The notes beneath the pieces are model-generated. The model was given only the letters and a program-made list of their open reading frames with translations, was not told where the DNA came from and did no database searches. Positions 8,090 to 15,320 of a DNA stretch of 15,320 nt are shown piece after piece (position 1 is the first letter of the stretch; each line of letters starts with the position of its first letter). The stretch covers positions 1 to 15,320 of the forward strand of contig NW_021825591.1 in the NCBI RefSeq assembly GCF_006345805.1. Reading direction: 5' to 3'. The translations under genes and the position numbers were made by a program. The stretch is from Octopus sinensis (Eukaryota).

Positions 8090-8748
8090 AATTAATTGGA
8101 CTGAGACCATGCTGGTGTGCTGCCTGGAAATTTTAGTCGAACTTGTCAACCTATTTTAAAGCCTAGGTACTTATTCTATCAGTCTATTTTCGTGAAACGC
8201 CAAAGCACGGGGTCATAGATACACCGACAGTGAATGTCAAGTGGTGATGTGGTGTACACACAAAGATATATATTTACATACTAGCAGTATCGCCCGGCGT
8301 TGCTCGGGTTTGTAAGGGAAATAACTATATAAGCATTTTTAGAGAGTTACTTCCCTTATATAAACCGAGCAAAAAAAACCCATTAAAAATGTGGAAAAAT
8401 GATGGTAAATTTTTTTTTAAATCGTAGACTCATCGTAGACGCGCGGTAATACCCAGAAGGGCTCGATATGAATCATGACTATAAGATACCCGCTTTTGGT
8501 TACACTGTACCGCAAAATGTGGGAGTAGTTAGGAATCTAAATCGTAGGAGACAGACATACATACAACTTCAGTTTTATATATAAAGATATACGACGGCAT
8601 TTTTTCAGTTTCAGTCTACGAATTCCACTCGTGAGAATTTGGTCGGCCCGATGCTAATGTAGAAGGCATTTACCCAAGGTGCCATGCAGTGGGACTGAAA
8701 CTCGAACCATGTGGTTAGGAAGAAAACTTCATACCACACAGCTTCTCC
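8090..8748 (-). mobile_element. Old SINE family 1 copy split in two by a Helitron (3' half about 8090-8280, 5' half 8588-8748)
   Basis: Both halves align colinearly to the reverse complement of 7530-7927. Removing 8281-8587 rejoins the internal TA tract (CATA|TATACGACGG). Confidence 0.8.
8281..8587 (-). mobile_element. Complete 307-bp non-autonomous Helitron
   Basis: On the minus strand it starts TCTTTATATATAAAA and ends CTAG. A GC-rich hairpin (8293-8308) lies 8 nt from the terminal CTAG. It is inserted between A and T with no TSD. These are all canonical Helitron hallmarks. Confidence 0.9.
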
Positions 8749-9146
8749 TATAGAACGTCGATTGACCTCGACCAAAAGGGACAGATGAATATAATTATAA
8801 AATGTCAACTCTCCATTACAAATGGCAGCTGACATATTAGAGAAATGGTCTGAAAAAAATTATGAAATTATTATTAACATATCAAAGCCCGTACGCCAGC
8901 ATTGCTGCCGTTGCCTAATATTGAATCACATAAAAGATTAAAGGTATTTTTTCACTGAAGTTTAAATGTTCTTACCAAACTCGAACCTATAATGAAAGAC
9001 TTTAGTGCTTGAAAAACCATTAACCATTTTACCACGACGATCAAAGCCATACGTTTCTACCATGATTATCTACCATTAAAAACACATATTACTCTCTAAC
9101 AGCATCTACAGCGGACTTATTCATTAATGATTTACAATATAATTAC

Positions 9147-9197
9147 CTGCTCTTTAAAATTCTGGTCCATTAGAAATATCTGGCATTATGTATAGAC
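9147..9197 (-). other. Candidate 51-nt exon with strong splice sites but no open frame
   Basis: Acceptor TTGTTTTCCCCCAG and donor CAG|GTAATT. There are stops in all three frames; the phase-1 frame reads GLYIMPDISNGPEF*RA. Confidence 0.3.
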
Positions 9198-9576
9198 CTG
9201 GGGGAAAACAACGTTCGAAGACACTGCTCTCAATTTTGTTTTGTTTACAATCTTAATGATCACATAACTTAAGCTAATCAAAACACATTCTTTTTCTTTC
9301 TGTAATGCTGCTTTTTATACTTGTTTTCTCTATAAATCTGAGCTAAAATATAATAGAAAAACAAGTAGTACAATAGCTTTTATTTAGAGATATAACCATA
9401 ATTCTACTATCTGTCTCTCAGTCATTTATTTCTTATAAAGCGCTGCTCGTAGAAAATATATCCAAAATGGTTAATTATGACAAATAATAATTGGTGAAAT
9501 AATTTAGTTAATAGTAATAATCAAATTAAGGAATATATATGCATACATCTATATGCATACAGAAACTGACACTCAA

Positions 9577-9680
9577 TCGGTTACGGCGACGAGGGTTCCA
9601 GTTGATTCGATCAACGGAAAAGCCTGCTCGTGAAATTAACGTAAAAATATTAAGCATTCCACAACCTCGCGCACCTTTAA
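9577..9680 (+). mobile_element. 3'-truncated copy of SINE-like repeat family 3
   Basis: Aligns to 14734-14840 (TCGGTTA.G.CGA.GAGGG, GATC, TGCTCGT.AAATTAAC, CC.TTAA). Confidence 0.75.
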
Positions 9681-10100
9681 TGATGTTGTTTTTTGTATGC
9701 ATTAGTTCCTGAGCGGACATGCAGATTTCTTAAGACAGCTACAATTATTTGCACTATTAATATTTTTGTAGTTATTTGGTGACTTTTTGTTGCTGTCTTC
9801 TTGAGGTTCTGCTTGATAAGCAGTGTGATCTTGATGTTTAAGCCTGATTTTTATTCTTTGTTTTTAGTTTTTCTTTGAATCCTGTTATAACTGTCGGGAT
9901 CACTATACATGATTTTGTGATCCCTATTGTGTTAATTCTTGTTATTGTTCATATACCTTGTATTGTGTGTTCTGTTTGTTCGACGTATGTGGTCGTGGCT
10001 TGCGTGTATATGTTTTTACTGTCGTATATGTGTATGTTGTACTCATGTTGTTGGATGTGGCGTGCGATACATTCGTTGTGTGTTTGTTGAAGATACGATT
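9681..10100 (-). mobile_element. Penelope-like element fragment (RT-to-GIY-YIG linker region), decayed
   Basis: Minus-strand RIFNKHTTNVSHATSNNM (10097-10044) resembles the Penelope motif KIFN.NT.K.SYS...NM. NCSCLKKSACPLRN*CIQK (about 9746-9690) resembles the Penelope CNC....CPL...C motif upstream of GIY-YIG. The two are in the expected order, with stops and frameshifts between. Confidence 0.7.
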
Positions 10101-10104
10101 ATAT

Positions 10105-10172
<68 letters not shown>

Positions 10173-10500
10173 CGTGTGTGTATGTATTTATACACACACA
10201 CATACATACATACACACATACATACATACATACATATACACATACATATTATACATACTTACATACATATATATACATACATACATGCATGCATGCATAC
10301 ATACATGTATGCATACATACATATTATACATACTTACATACATACATACATATATATACATACATACATGCATGCATGTATACATACATACATGCATGCA
10401 TACATACATACATACATACATACATACATACATACATACATACATACATACACACATACATACATACGTCGTACATACATACATACATACAGGTATACAT
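10101..10500. repeat. (TA)n followed by a long degenerate (TACA)n
   Basis: Direct reading. It explains the YIHT/MYVC ORFs. Confidence 0.95.
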
Positions 10501-10503
10501 ACG

Positions 10504-10587
10504 TATAGTAGACGGCAATAGGTGTCACGCAGTAGGGCTGAACGTAAACTCATGTGGTTACAGAGCAAATTTCTTAACCAGGAAGCC
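10504..10587 (-). mobile_element. Diverged head fragment of SINE family 1
   Basis: TATAGTAGA...GGTGTCACGCAGTAGGGCTGAAC....CATGTGGTT matches the reverse complement of 7545-7630. Confidence 0.65.
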
Positions 10588-10772
10588 GAGCGTGTGGCTA
10601 TGATAGAGATTACTATAAAAAAAACGCTTTTAATATGTGCAACATGCTTTTGTGTAGATCTAACTTATCTCTGAACAGCCGAACCTCTCATCAAGTATTT
10701 CCGTTCAAAATCATACAATTTGTTATGGTTATGTTAAACTACGTTATCTGTTAGTTTCCTTCCCTATTTAAG

Positions 10773-10863
10773 ACCGAATCCCGCTATTTGCCAGAGGTCC
10801 AGTGAGCATATTGTGGAAGTTTTATTTGAAATGGCATTCAATATTCATGGAATAATCATTCGT
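10773..10863 (+). CDS. Candidate orphan coding exon (91 nt, phase 2-0)
   Basis: Acceptor TTTCCTTCCCTATTTAAG and donor CGT|GTGAGT. The only open frame gives PNPAICQRSSEHIVEVLFEMAFNIHGIIIR. No homolog recognised. Confidence 0.3.
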
Positions 10864-11214
10864 GTGAGTATTAGAAATATGTCCAAATTGATGAGGTCGC
10901 TTCGTTCTGAGTAACTTTAATTAATATCTCATGAATGAAAATTTGATCACATAACACCCTAAAGATTCAGGTTCATCCAGCATTCTGAAGAATGACTTGA
11001 CGTTGTATATATCCTACATTTTCAATATGCCATACACAGCAAAAATGACGGAGCGATCTTAACGCGGCAATAACACTTAAAGGCATGAAAGCATGAAAGG
11101 GTGAGTACATGTTTCAATGATTTGTTAATCCGTATCGATCATGCGAATAATCAGGAGTAGTTTCCGTCATTTCTGTGACACGTTACTACTGCAAACATAT
11201 ATGAACGGGAATTG

Positions 11215-11215
<1 letters not shown>

Positions 11216-11307
<92 letters not shown>

Positions 11308-11326
11308 AATCTACCTATCTATCTAC
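11216..11326. repeat. (TATC)n / GATA microsatellite
   Basis: Direct reading. It is perfect to about 11306. Confidence 0.97.
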
Positions 11327-12198
11327 TGTGGGTGTGTATGTGTGTATATATATATATAAATGCATTTATGTGTACAGGACGTCACCAGCTGTATAAACAA
11401 CACGAAGCACGAATACAAACGAATTAAATACGCAAGCAAAGAGAGAAAAAATGGAAAACAGGACAAGTAAAAAGAGAACGACCCTTAATCAGTTGTCGGC
11501 TGTCTATCTACCCCTCATTTCGAGCATTCAACGACAATGTGTGTCTTTAAAGACAGTTGTTCCCATAAATTCCAAGATAAAATTTTGGATTTATTGAAGT
11601 GCAAATTTGTGAAAAAAATTGGACAGTAGAGACATACAAAGAAACCGAACGAAAACAATCATTGAGGGACGTTAGACCAGAACGAGAGGAAAATATTGAA
11701 CGCTGGGAAAATATTTTCTTTGAAAAGATACAAGATACAAGAGAGGCAGAAAAATTAAATCCTTAGAAAATTGTGCAGGAAAAGAAAGATGGTGACGTGG
11801 GGAAAAGAAATATGAACGATGGTCCCGTGTGAGAGAAAAAAAAGAAAGTGTGGGGAAAGAGACACAGATAGAAAAGGGTGGATGAGGAGAAGAAGGGAAT
11901 TAGTGAAGGATGGGGTAAGAAAACAATAGAGGGTAGCATCGCATCAAAAAAGGTTAGGATAAACTTACATCAAAATGGATGCGTGGTGTTCAATTAAATA
12001 ATAATACAAATAAATAATTGTCCGTATTTTTTTCCTGCGTGACGTTCTAAAGATTGGACGTATTCATTCTCTTCTAACTTTCTTCTTTAAGTATTTCAAG
12101 ATGTTTCTATGTAATATTGTTAAATATAACTTTTAAAATGAGATATTAGTGTTATTTTCATTTCTGTATAATTTAGACGACAATATATTCACCGCATA

Positions 12199-12310
<112 letters not shown>

Positions 12311-12316
12311 AAAAAA

Positions 12317-12367
12317 TTTTTTATCTAGTTTCAGCTCACAAGCTGTGGCCATGCTGGGGCACCGCCA
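12317..12367 (-). mobile_element. 3' terminal fragment of a SINE family 1 variant
   Basis: Reverse complement GGCGGTGCCCCAGCATGGCCACAGCTTGTGAGCTGAAACTAGATAAAAAA matches the family 1 3' end. Confidence 0.75.
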
Positions 12368-12436
12368 TTTGGTGTGCTACATGATTTTACTTCACGAATG
12401 CTTTTTAGAAATTGTCATTTGGTGCATGAGAGAGTT

Positions 12437-12560
12437 TATATGTATATATATGCAATATATACATGCATACATACATACATACATATATATACATATATAT
12501 ATATACATACATACATACATACATATATATATACACACTCACATATATATATATACACTC
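12437..12560. repeat. (TA)/(TACA) compound microsatellite
   Basis: Direct reading. Confidence 0.9.
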
Positions 12561-12723
12561 ACAACTGAATAATATGAAAATGCGAGCTACTATTGGTTCC
12601 ATGCTGTTACAACACAATAAAGTACTAAGAGTAAGCATTTTGTGTCCGAGTAAACTTTTACATTCGAATATACACAATAGTTGGTAGTTTTCGGTCGATC
12701 ACATCAATTAAAGGACAGTAAAT

Positions 12724-12895
<172 letters not shown>

Positions 12896-13190
12896 CGTTC
12901 GGGGGAAGGTTATATAACTAATTTCAGCAGGTGCAATATCCATGCTAATTAGAGCCATAGTGATATGGGGTCCCTTCAACCACTGATAACTGAAAATGGC
13001 TACAGCCTATAATTTACTGCACCGTTTTTCCCCTTCTACAATGGAGTCCAGTGGGAATACGTGAAATCGATTAGGAAAAAGGAAGGCAGTCAATCACGGT
13101 GATAATATCTTTTAGAATGCAGTTGATTATTGTTTACGCATTCATGTCAAATATGTTTCATGCAAGATTCAGTTAATTCCCAGGAAAAGC

Positions 13191-13209
13191 AATAATAATA
13201 ATAACAATG

Positions 13210-13249
<40 letters not shown>

Positions 13250-13474
13250 TAATAATAACGATAATAACGATAATAATGATAATAATAGTAATAATAATAA
13301 CAATAATAATAATAACGATAATAATGATAATAATGATAATAATGATAATAATAATAATAATAATAATAATGATGATAATAATAATAATAATAATAGTAGT
13401 AGTAATAATATTAATAATAATTAAAGTAATAATAATAATGATAGTAATAATAATATAATAATAATAATAATAAT
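13191..13474. repeat. Degenerate (AAT)n trinucleotide tract with GAT/AAC/AGT variants
   Basis: Direct reading. It explains the poly-Ile ORFs. Confidence 0.96.
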
Positions 13475-13480
13475 ATTTAA

Positions 13481-13602
13481 TGATATATATATATATATAT
13501 TTTTTATATATATGTATATATGTGTATATATATATAATATATATGTATATATATATATATAATATATATATTATATATATGTGTGTGATGTATATATATA
13601 TG

Positions 13603-13654
<52 letters not shown>

Positions 13655-13684
13655 TAATATATGATATATACATGCGTGTGTGTG
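13481..13684. repeat. (TA)n interrupted microsatellite
   Basis: Direct reading. Confidence 0.93.
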
Positions 13685-14179
13685 TATTCATGACATTAAA
13701 CACATTAAAAACTGTGACAGCCATCCCTGGAGAAAATTAATTAGTTGCCATGTAATATAAACCAAATTTTCTATGTCCCTTATCTAACTAATTTAACGCA
13801 TTAATTATTGCCTGTAGTAGATTATACAAAGTCATTGTATGAAATTAATATATGATTTTTATCAGAAATTTATATATATTTATAACTCGACTGCAATGAA
13901 TTGAGATATTTTCTCGATGATATATCGCTGAAATTACTTGTCAACAAACTTTTGTTGTGAACGTAATGAAGCTAGACTACAATGATGTGAAAACATATAA
14001 GTTTAAAATTTTTAATTCCATTAGAGCATTTTCTTGATAGTTCAGCTACAATATTTACTGCTGGACAAATACAGCAGTCCATAAACGTGCCTGGAATTCA
14101 TTTTGTTCATACAAACAGATAATATTTCGTTTTTGGATTTGGTTTGCAAGATTCTTTATAAGAGTTCGTGTGTTGAAGC

Positions 14180-14392
14180 ATATTCTGTTTTGTCTGGGAG
14201 AGTCATTTTCTTTTTGCGCCTCACTGGTAAAATTTCCACTTTTTTCTTATTTTTATTGTCCTAAAATTTTCGTTGTGTCTTGCAACCTTTTCAATAAAAA
14301 TAATAAAAGAGTGGACATTTTTACCAGTGAGTGTGTTTCATAACAAGGCACAAAAAGAAAATGACTCTCCCCAGACACAACAAAACATATAA
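14180..14392. mobile_element. Second foldback/MITE-like element, unrelated to 5868-6198
   Basis: 14186-14258 is the imperfect reverse complement of 14292-14382 (GTCTGGG.AGAGTCATTTTCTTTTTG.GCC, CACTGGTAAAA, TTATTTTTATTG). The spacer is about 33 nt. Confidence 0.8.
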
Positions 14393-14733
14393 TAGTTCTA
14401 CATAATGTTACATTTTTGAAAGTTATATTAAAATTTCAAACAACAAATTAACAATTTAATACAAGGTGTTATTATTTTCCTGTCACTGTTTAAACTTTTC
14501 TTATGCATCACAATGCGTAGGTTGAGTTTTCTGGAATATTTTGATGGCGTGTTACTTAATAGCTTTATCTAACATGTTATTCTTTCGCATATGTCTGATT
14601 ACAGAGCGTTTGTAACTTCATATGTACCGATGTTCAACGTTACTAATTAAAGCATGTGATAAAATTTTACTCTCGACACCAATGAAAAACCTGAGTAACT
14701 TCAGAATATATTATGTATCAAAAGAGCTCTCCG

Positions 14734-14897
14734 TCGGTTATGACGATGAGGGCCCCATCTGATACGATCAGCCGGACATCTTGCTCGTCAAATTAACATA
14801 CAAGTGGTTGAGAACTCCAGAGATACGTGCTTCCCTTAACGTAGTTCTCAGCGAGATTCGGCGTGACACAGCGTGTGACAAGGCCGGCCTTATGAAA
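14734..14897 (+). mobile_element. Longer copy of SINE-like repeat family 3
   Basis: Homologous to 9577-9680. It continues with CTTAACGTAGTTCTCAGCGAGATTCGGCGTGACACAGCGTGTGACAAGGC. Confidence 0.75.
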
Positions 14898-14905
14898 TAT
14901 TAATC

Positions 14906-15043
14906 AAACATACCAGCATCGGTTGTCAAGCGATGGTGGGGGGACAAACACAGACACACAAACATATACACACATGTACATATATATATACATATATGCG
15001 ACGGGCTTCTTTCAGTTTCCGTCTACACAGCGACTCCTGCGCC
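14906..15043 (-). mobile_element. SINE family 1 copy with an internal ~118-bp deletion and 3' truncation
   Basis: Reverse complement GGCGCAGGAGTCGCTGTGT is joined directly to AGACGGAAACTGAAAGAAGCCCGTCG. The segment equivalent to 7549-7666 is missing. Confidence 0.85.
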
Positions 15044-15065
15044 GAAAATTGCCTGTATATAAATC

Positions 15066-15091
15066 ATATATATATATATATGTGTGGTGTG

Positions 15092-15130
<39 letters not shown>

Positions 15131-15171
15131 TATAATTTTAATACACCCACACACACACAGACATACAACAC

Positions 15172-15248
<77 letters not shown>

Positions 15249-15250
15249 TA
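15066..15250. repeat. (TA)n/(CA)n compound microsatellite
   Basis: Direct reading. Confidence 0.93.
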
Positions 15251-15312
15251 TCGACGGGCTACTTTCAGCTTCCATCTAATAAATCTATTCAGAATGCTTT
15301 GGTCGGTCTTCG
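15251..15312 (-). mobile_element. Fragment of the SINE family 1 5' half
   Basis: CGACGGGCTACTTTCAGCTTCCATCTA...GCTTTGGTCGG matches the reverse complement of 7637-7692. Confidence 0.7.
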
Positions 15313-15320
15313 GCAAAAAT

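Noticed and set aside
8975-9040. tRNA-like A-box/B-box on the minus strand (TGGTTAA...GGTTCGAGT)
   Set aside because: No stems can be formed and there is no other copy in the window, so it is too degenerate to call.
9875-10603. Long ORFs of 64-189 aa
   Set aside because: They consist of (TACA)n translations plus the antisense of the Penelope-like linker.
11478-11525. Possible hammerhead ribozyme (CTGATTAAG and CGAAA on the minus strand)
   Set aside because: The core differs from CTGATGA, and no stems I-III or NUH cleavage site can be formed in any permutation.
13173-13740. Poly-Ile ORFs up to 183 aa
   Set aside because: Translations of (AAT)n and (TA)n.
14022-14115. Calx-beta-like spacing in EHFLDSSATIFTAGQIQQSINVPGIHF (+)
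   Set aside because: Only the F-x2-G-x5-I-x-V spacing matches. The acidic IIDD motif and a good donor are missing.

Overview
AT-rich, repeat-dense animal genomic DNA. The SINE families and the extreme microsatellite load resemble an octopod cephalopod (recalled similarity, not a database result). Almost all ORFs in the supplied track are microsatellite artefacts. Recognisable mobile DNA: a 5'-truncated RTE-clade LINE with a (GAT)n tail; a Penelope-like fragment; a complete non-autonomous Helitron nested inside a SINE; about eight copies or fragments of one tRNA-derived SINE with an internal microsatellite; two copies of another SINE-like repeat; and two unrelated long foldback elements. The most notable non-repeat signal is a minus-strand three-exon model at 3633-4272. 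It has a signal-peptide-like exon with a stop at codon 2, followed by two tandem-duplicated symmetric (phase 2-2) exons encoding a ~56-aa repeat whose spacing resembles a cysteine-depleted PAN/apple module. Weaker orphan exon candidates and an RFX-like plus ETS-like motif cluster are also present. No rRNA, intact tRNA, CRISPR array or nameable gene is supported.
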